Origin: a bacterium
GTDB taxonomy: Bacteria; Bacillota_I; Bacilli_A; RFN20; CAG-826
Reading direction: 5' to 3'
DNA: 64,000 bases
Assembly (NCBI GenBank): GCA_029098125.1
Contig: JAQXNS010000003.1
Coordinates: 2,845-66,844 of the forward strand
The notes under the pieces were generated by a model that was not told the origin of the DNA, ran no database searches, and worked only from the letters and a program-made list of their open reading frames with translations. Positions 1 through 9,483 of the stretch are shown piece by piece. The position numbers were made by a program, and so were the translations under genes. Positions within the stretch are counted from its first letter, which is position 1, and every line of letters begins with the position of its first letter.

Positions 1-947
1 TAGATGAAGTTGGCAAAACTTATCTTATTTGTAAAGGTGGCCGTGGCGGTAGAGGAAATGCTGCATTTAAAAACAGCAGAAACAAATGCCCTCGAGTTGC
101 TGAAAATGGTTTACCTGGTGAAAGAAAAAGACTTATTTTAGAATTAAAATTACTCGCAGATGTTGGAGTAATTGGTTTTCCAAGTGTTGGAAAATCTACT
201 TTTATTAGTTCAGTTACAAATTGTAAAGCTGAAGCAGGCGATTACGATTTTACAACAATCGTACCTAATTTAGGTGTTGCAAAAGTCGATCAAACTCGCA
301 GTTTTGTTATTGCAGATATGCCTGGTTTGATAAAAGGTGCGCACCTTGGAAAAGGTCTTGGTCTAATGTTTTTAAGACATATTGAAAGATGTAGAGTCCT
401 TGTTCATATGGTTGATATGTCTGGAGTTAGAGATCCTTATCAATCTTATCTTGATATTAGAGAAGAACTTAAAGAATATGGAATGCATTTAATTGATCGT
501 CCTGAAATTATTGTTGCATCAAAAATGGATGAAGAAGGAGCAGAAGAACGCTTAATTGAATTTAAAAACAAGGTACAAAAAGAGGTGATTCCAATCTCAT
601 GTTTGACCGAAGATAATCTTCAATTAGTTCTTTATAAATGTGCTGATGCACTCGAAAAAGCCCCTATATTCCCAGTATTTGATGAAAAAGATAAAGAAAT
701 TGTCTTTAATCTTGATGATCAAGAAAAGATTTTTGATATCGAAAAAGTTAGTGAAAATGAGTATAAAATTGTCGGTGAAAGAGTCGAAAGAACTTATGGT
801 TTAATCAACTTATCAACTGATGAAGGTATGGATAAATTAATTAAATACCTAAATAAAATCGGTGTTGATGAAGCTTTACATAAAGCCGGTGCAAAGGATG
901 GCGACACAGTCAAACTTTGTGATTTTGAATTTGAATATTTTGAATAA
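1..947 (+). CDS. obg: GTPase Obg (5' end cut by window edge)
   Basis: Frame open from position 3. Translation DEVGKTYLICKGGRGGRGNAAF...GFPSVGKSTFIS...DMPGLIKGA shows the Gly-rich Obg fold end plus G1 and G3 GTPase motifs. TAA stop at 945-947. Confidence 0.9.
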   Translation, partial: DEVGKTYLICKGGRGGRGNAAFKNSRNKCPRVAENGLPGERKRLILELKLLADVGVIGFPSVGKSTFISSVTNCKAEAGDYDFTTIVPNLGVAKVDQTRSFVIADMPGLIKGAHLGKGLGLMFLRHIERCRVLVHMVDMSGVRDPYQSYLDIREELKEYGMHLIDRPEIIVASKMDEEGAEERLIEFKNKVQKEVIPISCLTEDNLQLVLYKCADALEKAPIFPVFDEKDKEIVFNLDDQEKIFDIEKVSENEYKIVGERVERTYGLINLSTDEGMDKLIKYLNKIGVDEALHKAGAKDGDTVKLCDFEFEYFE

Positions 948-964
948 TCCATAAAAAATTATTA

Positions 965-1516
965 ATGTATTATGCACTTTTTGGCGAAGTAATCGCAATT
1001 TTTGAAGACCGCATTGCTTTGCTACTTGAATCTGGGATTGCTTTTTTAATTTACATAAGTGATTCTAAAAAATTTCAGCTAGATGAAAAAATTCGTCTTT
1101 ATATTTTAGATATTTTTAAAGATGATTTGATGAAACTTTATGGTTTTAAGGATTTAAAAGAATTAGAAATATTTAAAGAATTAATTGAAATTAATGGAAT
1201 TGGACCAAAAACTGGTATGCAAATTCTAAGAAATATTGATGTAAACACATTAATTTTATTAATTAATCAAGGCGAAGTTCAAAAATTAAGAAAAATTAGC
1301 GGTATTGGAATCAAAGCCGATAGAATTGTTTGCGAACTTAAAAATAAATTTGTTGGGAAAGAAATTATTATTCCACATTATGAAGAAGTTTTTGATATTT
1401 TATTAAAACTTGGCTACAAATCAGTCAAAATTCGAGAAGTTTTATCAAGCTTTCAAGATTTGTCGAACACTAGTGAGATAGTTCTTGAAGCGATAAAGAA
1501 GTTAAAAGATGAATAA
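965..1516 (+). CDS. ruvA: Holliday junction DNA helicase subunit RuvA
   Basis: 183 aa with two helix-hairpin-helix motifs (INGIGPKTGMQIL, ISGIGIKADRIV). Overlaps ruvB by 8 nt. Confidence 0.85.
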   Translation: MYYALFGEVIAIFEDRIALLLESGIAFLIYISDSKKFQLDEKIRLYILDIFKDDLMKLYGFKDLKELEIFKELIEINGIGPKTGMQILRNIDVNTLILLINQGEVQKLRKISGIGIKADRIVCELKNKFVGKEIIIPHYEEVFDILLKLGYKSVKIREVLSSFQDLSNTSEIVLEAIKKLKDE

Positions 1517-2471
1517 TGAAGGTTTAAATTTTGTCCGTCCAAAGAATTTTGATTCATTTTTTGGACAAAAACAAATAGTAAATGAGCTAAAAGTTTACAT
1601 TTATAGCGCAAACAAGAGAAATGAACCATTATCACATGTTTTATTATATGGACCAAGTGGAATGGGCAAAACTAGTTTAAGTTTTATTATTGCAAATGAA
1701 ACTGATTCAAAAATAAAGGTAATAAACGCTCCAATGATTGAAACAATCCAAGATTTGGTTGAAATCTTAGCTTCAATTAATGAAAAGGACATTCTTTTTA
1801 TCGATGAAATTCATCGCTTAGATCGAAGAATTGAAGAAACATTATACTCAGTTATGGAAGATTTTGTTGTAAATATCCCGTATAAAAGTGGCGATAATTT
1901 GAAATTAATTGGGGTAAAAATACCAAAATTTACCTTAATTGGAGCAACAACTTTAGATGGCTTGATTTCTGTTCCATTAAAAAATCGTTTTCCAATTCAA
2001 TTTCATTTCGAAAACTACAACTTGAATGAAATGATGCAAATTTTAATCAATAATTCTAAGCTTTATAAGCTTGAAATTGATGAAAAATGCGCAAAATTTT
2101 TCGCCGCTAGAACCAAAAATAATCCAAGAATTTTGAACAATTTATTACGCAGATTTTCAGATTATTTGTTGTATTTCAAGATATCAAAAGTTGATCTTGA
2201 AGTCGTTGAAAAATTCTTTAAATTTATCAAAATTGATGAATACGGAATCAATGATTTTGACAAAAAAGTAATTGCAACTTTGTATGAAAATTTCCAAGAT
2301 CAACCAACTAGTTTAGAATCAATTGCAAGTTTAATTAATGAAAACGTTTATAACATCAAAGAAAACTCTGAACCATACTTAGTTTCAATTGGTTTTATTA
2401 GGAGAACTAGAAGGGGAAGGATTTTAACTGATAGAGGTAAATTGTTTTATTGGAATAACATAAAATCGTGA
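1509..2471 (+). CDS. ruvB: Holliday junction branch migration helicase RuvB
   Basis: AAA+ Walker A GPSGMGKTS and Walker B FIDEIHRL, with a RuvB-type C-terminal winged helix. Ends in TGA, so TGA is a stop in this genome. Confidence 0.93.
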   Translation: MNNEGLNFVRPKNFDSFFGQKQIVNELKVYIYSANKRNEPLSHVLLYGPSGMGKTSLSFIIANETDSKIKVINAPMIETIQDLVEILASINEKDILFIDEIHRLDRRIEETLYSVMEDFVVNIPYKSGDNLKLIGVKIPKFTLIGATTLDGLISVPLKNRFPIQFHFENYNLNEMMQILINNSKLYKLEIDEKCAKFFAARTKNNPRILNNLLRRFSDYLLYFKISKVDLEVVEKFFKFIKIDEYGINDFDKKVIATLYENFQDQPTSLESIASLINENVYNIKENSEPYLVSIGFIRRTRRGRILTDRGKLFYWNNIKS

Positions 2472-2644
2472 TTTTTATCAAAAAATGTGATTTTTTAGGC
2501 TTTTTTTCATTATTTTGATAAAGTTTTGTTTTCAAAAATAAGTGAAAATATCGCAATGAAAATGAATGAAAAAATTTTCATATTATTTTCATAAATTCAA
2601 CAAATTTCGAGACCAAAAAAAGAAGAAAAATAATAATTATTCTT

Positions 2645-2673
2645 TTGTGTTTTAATTGTCATTGTAGTAAAAT
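2645..2673 (+). promoter_or_regulatory. Candidate sigma-A promoter for secDF (TTGTGT-17 nt-TAAAAT)
   Basis: Hexamers read directly at 2645-2650 and 2668-2673 with a 17-nt spacer, about 45 nt upstream of ATG 2719. AT-rich background makes chance matches likely. Confidence 0.3.
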
Positions 2674-2718
2674 ATGCAAGTATATTTATAAATTTATTTA
2701 TAAATCGTGAGGTATTAT

Positions 2719-5559
2719 ATGAAAAGATTTGCAGGATATTTATCACTTTGCGTGTCAGTCGTGACTGCAGTTTTAGTTGGAGTCGTTCCAACAATTTTAG
2801 GCACGAATGGCAGCGGCGATTATTCTTCTTCTAACAAATATGTTTTCAAAGTGAGCAACAAGCAAGTTAGCTCTAGTGAGTTTTCTGATGGAACAAACAA
2901 TGGTTTAACTTATGATGAAAACGGTAATACACCAGCTGAAGATATTTCAAATGAATTCAAAGTTAGATTAGGACAAGCTGGAATTACTGGATACCAACTT
3001 GCAACAATTAATGACGATATTATTGAATTAACTTTTAAAGACAGTCAAAACATTTATACAGATGTTATTGATTTTTTAACTTATTCAAATTCATTAATGG
3101 CAAAAACTTACGATGGAGAATATTCATTTGGTTTTAGCGCATCTGAAATTTATAACGGTGCAAAACCTTCTAATTCCACATTTTTAAAACCTGGAACAGC
3201 AAGAGTTGAGTATAGAGACAACTATCCTTATGTTATTATGGATTTAAATTCTCCAGAAGAGTTTAATAATGCAATTAAATCACTTACTCAAACAAGTAGC
3301 GATTCAGATAGCAATAGAAATGCAGGCGAATTATTAGGAAATACAATTAGAAAAGCTGGTGAATCAACATCCGAAGAAGAACAAACACCAAAAGTTGACC
3401 CAAAAAAGGCAATTTTTGTTTTAAACAACTGGTTAAATGACTTTACACTTGAAGGTTTATTAAATAACAGCAACGGAAATATCACAAATGATAATTTTCA
3501 TAATTACGTTTTAACTTATTTTGATGCTGCAGAACCATCAAAAATCTATTGGGATTATGATTCTTCTCTTTCAAGTGAAGACCAAAATAAAAAGATTTAT
3601 GAATCAATTTATTTTTCATTTTATAATCTCGGAGCAGCAAATGGTGAGGGTTGTTTAGATGTTACAACATCTTATTCTCTTTATAATGTTCAAGAAACTG
3701 ACTCAAAATTAGCTTATAGAAAAGCAAATATTTTAATGAATAAATTAAATTCAAGTGATTACAAATATCAAATTACTTTAATTAATGAATCAAAGGTTAA
3801 TGAAGGAACAAACACAGTTTCTCCATTTAAAGAATATTTAAAACGTGCTGGTTCAGTTAATTTATCAACTTTATTAATTTCAACAATTATTGCTGCAATT
3901 ATTGTATTTTTATTCTTAATTTTACATTATGGAGCAGCAGGAATTTTAAGTTTTGCATTATCTTTAGGCAACGTAATCGGTTCACTTGCTTTATTTAATT
4001 TCTTAGGAAATGAATTTAATATCGGTACAATTATCGGCTTATTTGGTGTTGCATTAATAACATTAATTACAACAATTCAATTTATGCATAAAGCAAAAGA
4101 AGAAGTTTACGCTGGCAAAGCTCTCAAAAAGGCTTATCAAGAAAGTGGTAAGAAAAACACATGGTTATTACTTGATGTTTCAGTTATTACTGTAATTTTA
4201 GGTTTAACATGCTATTTAATCCAAAACGCAAACTTAATTGCATTTGGAGGAATCACAATTATTGGTGCAATTATCAATGTTTTATTGAGCGGAATTGTCT
4301 TTAGAGGCTTCTCATGGTTCCTTTATAACTCTGATTTCGCTTCAAAACATCCAAGAGTACTTCAAATCGAACCAAAATTAATCCCTGATTTAACAAAAGA
4401 AGAAAAAGCAAAATATTTTGATGAATTTAACCGTGGTGATTCAAAACGTACATTTAAAGTTTACGGAATCGCTGGTCTTGTTTTACTTGTTGCTTCAATT
4501 GTTGGAATTACAACTTTCCAAGTTGTTAATGGAAATATTTACAATTCAACAGAAACATCAAAATACAATTCAGTTACTGTCCAATACAATTTAGTTAACG
4601 CTAACGATGAATTTATTGTTGATAATAAGATTTTAAAAATCGAAGAAGCATTTGATGATATTTATAAGGATCAAGATTTAAGCACTAAATATTTTAAAGC
4701 TGACTCAATTTCTGTAGATTCTTATTACAATGAATATTTAGCTGGTGAAACTAACCCAATTAAATACAGAGAATATTATTTTGTTGTTGATTTAGGATCA
4801 AATTACGATTTTGATACTTCTGTTTACTACTCAAATGGTGGTTCAAAAGTTGCTGATAAACTTGGAAATGTCATCAAAACATCAATTCAATCAAAATTAG
4901 ATACAAACTATCTTGTTTCAATCAATGTAACTAAGAATGTTAGTGATGATTTCAATAATAAAGATGTTGCAATTGCAGTAGCAATTACAGTCGCAATTCT
5001 TTTTGCTTACTTTATCTTAAGATTTGGCCCTTCAAAAGCATTAACTGCTTTATTAGTTGGCGCTTCATTATTAACAATTTCAATTGGTATCTTCTCACTT
5101 ATTAGAGGTAATTTCACAAGTGAATTAACTCTTGGATTACTTTTAATTACTTTATTAACTTATATTTCATTTACACTTTACTTTATTGATGAACAAGCTC
5201 TCGTTAGAGAAAACAAAAAAGAACTTTCCGATCTTGATAAGAGACAAGAAAAATTCGAATATTCAGCAAATATTACATATAAATTAGTGTTTAATATCGC
5301 ATTATTTGCAATATTTATCGTTATTAGTTTCTTCTTCTCAACATCTTTGCAAGGTTACACACTTTTATATTTCATTGTTTCTTTGATTTTATCCTCAATA
5401 TTAATTAAAGGAACAGCATTACCAATCGAAATGTTCTTCTCTAGATCTTTTAAGAAGATATTTAGCAAAAAACCAAATATCGTTATTAACAAAAAAAGTA
5501 AACAAAAATCTGATGATGATGGCCCACAAGAAGCTATCTTTATTGGAATTAATGACTAA
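2719..5559 (+). CDS. secDF: Protein-export membrane protein SecDF (fused)
   Basis: Two SecD/SecF-type multi-TM bundles (around ...LISTIIAAIIVFLFLILHYGAAG... and ...AIAVAITVAILFAYFILRFGPSKAL...), each preceded by a large extracytoplasmic domain. The ORF-track start at 2707 is GTG. The ATG at 2719 lies 6 nt after GAGG. Confidence 0.8.
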   Translation: MKRFAGYLSLCVSVVTAVLVGVVPTILGTNGSGDYSSSNKYVFKVSNKQVSSSEFSDGTNNGLTYDENGNTPAEDISNEFKVRLGQAGITGYQLATINDDIIELTFKDSQNIYTDVIDFLTYSNSLMAKTYDGEYSFGFSASEIYNGAKPSNSTFLKPGTARVEYRDNYPYVIMDLNSPEEFNNAIKSLTQTSSDSDSNRNAGELLGNTIRKAGESTSEEEQTPKVDPKKAIFVLNNWLNDFTLEGLLNNSNGNITNDNFHNYVLTYFDAAEPSKIYWDYDSSLSSEDQNKKIYESIYFSFYNLGAANGEGCLDVTTSYSLYNVQETDSKLAYRKANILMNKLNSSDYKYQITLINESKVNEGTNTVSPFKEYLKRAGSVNLSTLLISTIIAAIIVFLFLILHYGAAGILSFALSLGNVIGSLALFNFLGNEFNIGTIIGLFGVALITLITTIQFMHKAKEEVYAGKALKKAYQESGKKNTWLLLDVSVITVILGLTCYLIQNANLIAFGGITIIGAIINVLLSGIVFRGFSWFLYNSDFASKHPRVLQIEPKLIPDLTKEEKAKYFDEFNRGDSKRTFKVYGIAGLVLLVASIVGITTFQVVNGNIYNSTETSKYNSVTVQYNLVNANDEFIVDNKILKIEEAFDDIYKDQDLSTKYFKADSISVDSYYNEYLAGETNPIKYREYYFVVDLGSNYDFDTSVYYSNGGSKVADKLGNVIKTSIQSKLDTNYLVSINVTKNVSDDFNNKDVAIAVAITVAILFAYFILRFGPSKALTALLVGASLLTISIGIFSLIRGNFTSELTLGLLLITLLTYISFTLYFIDEQALVRENKKELSDLDKRQEKFEYSANITYKLVFNIALFAIFIVISFFFSTSLQGYTLLYFIVSLILSSILIKGTALPIEMFFSRSFKKIFSKKPNIVINKKSKQKSDDDGPQEAIFIGIND

Positions 5560-5564
5560 TTAAA

Positions 5565-5586
5565 GAAGGGAAGAAATTCCCTTTTT
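5565..5586 (+). terminator. Rho-independent terminator after secDF
   Basis: Stem AAGGGAA (5566-5572) / TTCCCTT (5577-5583) with loop GAAA, running into a T tract. Confidence 0.6.
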
Positions 5587-5593
5587 AAAATTT

Positions 5594-7135
5594 ATGACTT
5601 CATTTTTAGATAAATTATTGACATATTACGAACTTGATTATAGTTCATATTTGAAAAACAAGGAGAAATCACTTATTGATATCCCTAAATTTTCTCGTTT
5701 TCCAAATTTGAAAGAAGTTACAAACTATATCAAAGATTCCATAAAACAAAATAAGAAAATTCTTATTTATGGAGATTATGATTGCGATGGAATCATGTCA
5801 ACCTCAATAATTTATTTAACTTTGATGTATGGATCTGAATATCGTCCTGGTTTTTATATTCCAAATAGAGAAATTGATGGTTATGGTTTGACCATAAATA
5901 ACATCGATAAATTTAAAAAATTAGGTTATGACATTATAATTTTGGTCGATAACGGAATCAGTTTAATCGAACAAATAGATTACGCAAATTCTCTTGGAAT
6001 TGAATGTGTTATTCTTGATCATCATAATGTTGGTGAAAAATTGCCTAATGCAAAATACATTGTTCACCCAGATTTAGTTAATTTTGGTAAGTACAATATT
6101 AGTGCAGGAGTGGTTTCTTTTTATTTTTCATGGGCTTACCTTGAATATATAAATCCATATTTATTGTCTTTAGGTGCAATTTCAACAATTAGTGATGTCA
6201 TGATTTTGCAAGAATATAATTCATTAATTGTAAAAGAAGGCTTAAAAGCTATAAATAAGCATAAATTTTCTCAAATTTTCGATTTGCTAGGCAATACAAA
6301 AGAAAATTTAAACGAAAGCGATCTATCTTTACTCATTGTTCCAAAGATTAATTCTATTTGTCGCGTCTTAAATGACGATTCTAGATTTAAAATTGTGAAA
6401 TATTTTATCGATGAAAATGCTCATTTTCGAATTTTGCCTTGGATTTTCCAAATTAACGATAAAAGAAAAGAATTGTCTCATGCAAAAACTGAGGATGTTG
6501 ATTTCACAAAACCTGCAATTTTTTATATTAATCCAGAAAATGAAGGAATTAGTGGTTTAATTGCTGCAAATTTAATGACTCAATCACTAAAACCAACATT
6601 CGTACTTTGCCCAGAAAGATTTCATCCTAATATATTAAAAGGTAGCGCAAGGAGTTATAACAACTTTAATGTTGCAGAATCTTTAAATAAAGCAAGCGAA
6701 GTTTTAATAACTCATGGTGGACATGAATGCGCTGGTGGTTTTTCTTTAGATATAAAAGATTATGAAAAATTTCAAAACATTATTTATGAAATTGCAAAAA
6801 ATACACCCCCATATGAGAAGCAATATAAATATATTGAATTAGAATATGAGGAAATTAACCTTAAAAACTATGAAATTTATATGTCTTTTTCACCATTTGG
6901 ACAAGGGCATGAAAAACCACTTTTCTTATTAAAAGATTTTGTAATATCAAATTTTAAAAAGACAAATGATGGTAAACATTTACTTTTTAGGAATAATTTA
7001 TACTCAATTGTGTATTTTTCTTATGATAAAGAGATTGAAAAATACGATATTGCCTCGTTATTGTGCGAGTTTTCGCTTAATGAATTTCGCGGATCAAAAT
7101 CAGTTCAATTGAAAGTTATAGATTTTGTGAAATAA
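5594..7135 (+). CDS. recJ: Single-stranded-DNA-specific exonuclease RecJ (DHH family)
   Basis: DHH family motifs GDYDCDG, VDNG and LDHHN, plus DHHA1-like GGHECAGG. Position matches secDF-recJ-relA synteny. Confidence 0.8.
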   Translation: MTSFLDKLLTYYELDYSSYLKNKEKSLIDIPKFSRFPNLKEVTNYIKDSIKQNKKILIYGDYDCDGIMSTSIIYLTLMYGSEYRPGFYIPNREIDGYGLTINNIDKFKKLGYDIIILVDNGISLIEQIDYANSLGIECVILDHHNVGEKLPNAKYIVHPDLVNFGKYNISAGVVSFYFSWAYLEYINPYLLSLGAISTISDVMILQEYNSLIVKEGLKAINKHKFSQIFDLLGNTKENLNESDLSLLIVPKINSICRVLNDDSRFKIVKYFIDENAHFRILPWIFQINDKRKELSHAKTEDVDFTKPAIFYINPENEGISGLIAANLMTQSLKPTFVLCPERFHPNILKGSARSYNNFNVAESLNKASEVLITHGGHECAGGFSLDIKDYEKFQNIIYEIAKNTPPYEKQYKYIELEYEEINLKNYEIYMSFSPFGQGHEKPLFLLKDFVISNFKKTNDGKHLLFRNNLYSIVYFSYDKEIEKYDIASLLCEFSLNEFRGSKSVQLKVIDFVK

Positions 7136-7154
7136 TTAAAAGGGGATTGAACTT

Positions 7155-9422
7155 ATGGAAGAAATTATTAGAGAAGGCGCTTTTACTGTTGATGAAACGA
7201 AAAAAGAGAATAATGCAAGTGGAATTCAGCCAAATGGTGGATATACAATGCATACTTTTGAAGATGTAAAAGAAATTTATTTTGCATATATTCATGATGA
7301 AAATGATAGAGATTTGATTCAAAGAGCATATGATCTTGTAAAAGTTCAACATGATGGAATTTTTAGAAAAAGTGGTGAACCTTATTTACAACATTTAATC
7401 GAAGTCGCTTATATTTGTGCTAAACTTCAAGGCGGACCAACAACAATTGCTGCGGCATTTTTGCATGATGTTGTTGAAGATACAGATACAACAATTCAAG
7501 AAATTAATGAAAAATTTGGTGAAGATTGTGCAAAAATTGTCGATGCATTAACCAAAATTCAAAGAATGAAACTATCTCATAGAACTGAAGAAGAATTTGC
7601 AGCTGAAGATCATCGTAAAATCTTTTTAGGTATGGCAAAAGATGTTCGTGTCATTATTATTAAACTCGCTGATAGACTTCACAATATGAGAACAATTGAT
7701 GCTTTAAAACCTGAACGTCAACACGCACTTGCTCGTGAAACATTGGAAGTTTTTGCTCCAATTGCTCATCGTTTAGGTATTTATAGGGTTGAAAGCGAAT
7801 TAGAAGATTTATCATTAAGAATTGAAAAACCAACTGAGTTTAATGAGATCCAAAAATTATTAAATGAAAAAGTAAAATATAGACAAAAAGCTTTAAATAA
7901 TTTAAAGAAAAAAATTGCTGATATTTTGATTGAAGCAAATATTAAATTTACAATAGAATCAAGAATTAAATCGATATTTTCAATTTATAAAAAGATGTAC
8001 ATTAAAGGTCATTCTTTTGATGAAATTTATGATTTTTTAGCTTTAAGAGTTATCACAGAAACTGAGATAAATTGTTATGAAATTTTAGGTTTAGTACACG
8101 CTCACTTTAAGCCTATTCCTGGTAGATTTAAAGATTATATTGCTATGCCAAAACCAAATATGTATCAATCTTTACATACAACAGTCATTGCTGGCGATGG
8201 TAATATTTTTGAAGTTCAAATTAGAACTAAAGAAATGGATGAAATTGCTGAAACTGGAGTTGCTGCACACTGGAGATATAAAGAAAATGCACATTATTCT
8301 CCAAAACAAGAACAACAAGAAATCGAAGAAAAACTACATTGGTTTAGAGATTTTTTATCAATTAATAGTGATTCAAAAGATAAAAGTGCTACTGAATACA
8401 TGGAATCTCTTTCGAAAGATATTTTTGAAGCTAATGTTTATGTTTTCACACCAAAAGGTAAGGTTATTGACTTGCCAAACGGCTCAACACCTCTTGATTT
8501 AGCATATAAAATCCATACAAAAGTTGGTGATAGTGCAATTGGTGCAACTGTTAATGGCAATTTAGTTCCATTAAATACAATTTTAAAAACTGGTGATATT
8601 GTTGAAATTAAAACTTCAAAGACATCACCAGGACCAAATGAGAGCTGGCTTTCCATTGTAAAAACTACAAGCGCCAAAAACCACATTAAAAAATTCATTC
8701 AAAAGAAGAATAGTGACTTATTAAAGGATGAAAGAACAAAACAAGGACGTCAAGCTTGTGCAGATTTCTTTAAAGATCATGGAATTGATGAAAATGAAAT
8801 GATGTCTTTATTAAATACTGAACGTGTTTTAAAGAATTTCCAAGTTTCATCAGTTGAAGAATTATTTGTTAGAATTGTTGCGCATAACCCTAACCCAGCA
8901 CAAATTTGCGACTTTTTAGGAATAAAAAGAGTTTATAAAAAAGATACAAAATTGTTCAAAAAAGAAAATTTTGACGATGATAAGTGTCCAGTCACAATTG
9001 ATAATCAAACCGGATTTAAAATTACTTTAGGTAATTGCTGTACTCCAATTCCTGGCGATTCAATTGTTGGATATGTTACAAAAGGTAATGGAATTACAGT
9101 TCATAGAATCACATGTCCAAATGTTCAAAACCAACAAAGACTAATTGAAGTTCATTGGAAAGAAAATTTAGGAATTAAGTCTTATCCAGTCGATATCATG
9201 ATTGAATGTCAAGATAGAAACAATTTAATTGCTGATATTTTGAATATTTTTAACTCAAATAAGATTAAATGTACTGAAATCTCCGGTCGTTTGCATCCAG
9301 AAAGTGCAACAACAAGCATTTCCGCTCAAATTTATGTATCTGATGCAAATGTTTTAAATCATATTTTTGATATTTTAAGAAGTACAAAAGGTATTTATGA
9401 GGTTAGAAGAGTTATCCATTAA
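7155..9422 (+). CDS. relA: Bifunctional (p)ppGpp synthetase/hydrolase Rel/SpoT
   Basis: HD hydrolase domain (HLIEV...FLHDVVEDT), RelA/SpoT synthetase motif (FKDYIAMPKPNMYQSLHTTV...EVQIRT), and TGS and C-terminal ACT-like regions. The true start may be an internal Met (MHTFEDV). Confidence 0.92.
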   Translation: MEEIIREGAFTVDETKKENNASGIQPNGGYTMHTFEDVKEIYFAYIHDENDRDLIQRAYDLVKVQHDGIFRKSGEPYLQHLIEVAYICAKLQGGPTTIAAAFLHDVVEDTDTTIQEINEKFGEDCAKIVDALTKIQRMKLSHRTEEEFAAEDHRKIFLGMAKDVRVIIIKLADRLHNMRTIDALKPERQHALARETLEVFAPIAHRLGIYRVESELEDLSLRIEKPTEFNEIQKLLNEKVKYRQKALNNLKKKIADILIEANIKFTIESRIKSIFSIYKKMYIKGHSFDEIYDFLALRVITETEINCYEILGLVHAHFKPIPGRFKDYIAMPKPNMYQSLHTTVIAGDGNIFEVQIRTKEMDEIAETGVAAHWRYKENAHYSPKQEQQEIEEKLHWFRDFLSINSDSKDKSATEYMESLSKDIFEANVYVFTPKGKVIDLPNGSTPLDLAYKIHTKVGDSAIGATVNGNLVPLNTILKTGDIVEIKTSKTSPGPNESWLSIVKTTSAKNHIKKFIQKKNSDLLKDERTKQGRQACADFFKDHGIDENEMMSLLNTERVLKNFQVSSVEELFVRIVAHNPNPAQICDFLGIKRVYKKDTKLFKKENFDDDKCPVTIDNQTGFKITLGNCCTPIPGDSIVGYVTKGNGITVHRITCPNVQNQQRLIEVHWKENLGIKSYPVDIMIECQDRNNLIADILNIFNSNKIKCTEISGRLHPESATTSISAQIYVSDANVLNHIFDILRSTKGIYEVRRVIH

Positions 9423-9483
9423 CTCTATCAAAACTTAACAAAGTAGTAATAATTATTTATAATTATTAAAATGAGGTTTATAT

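Noticed and set aside
1453-1792. Antisense 'shadow' ORFs inside well-supported genes. Examples: 1453-1656, 1601-1792, 3288-3485, 7116-7352, 8140-8502, 8438-8698, 13674-13934, 15121-15351, 15875-16069, 18978-19160, 31743-31934, 35337-35531, 35773-35967, 36825-37022, 39679-39873, 42652-42861, 45521-45802, 47936-48145, 54324-55883 group, 56346-56582, 57258-57443, 59379-59927, 62180-62374
   Set aside because: Each lies wholly within, or mostly overlaps, a longer ORF with clear homology on the other strand or frame. They have low-complexity Leu/Phe/Ile-rich translations typical of AT-rich antisense frames, and no SD.
9423-9483. T-box riboswitch leaders upstream of hisS/aspS and glyQS (43628-43690)
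   Set aside because: The intergenic regions are only about 60 nt, far too short for a T-box (about 200 nt or more), and I saw no specifier or T-box sequence. The AT-only palindrome TAATAATTAT-TT-ATAATTATTA at 9449-9470 is low-complexity.
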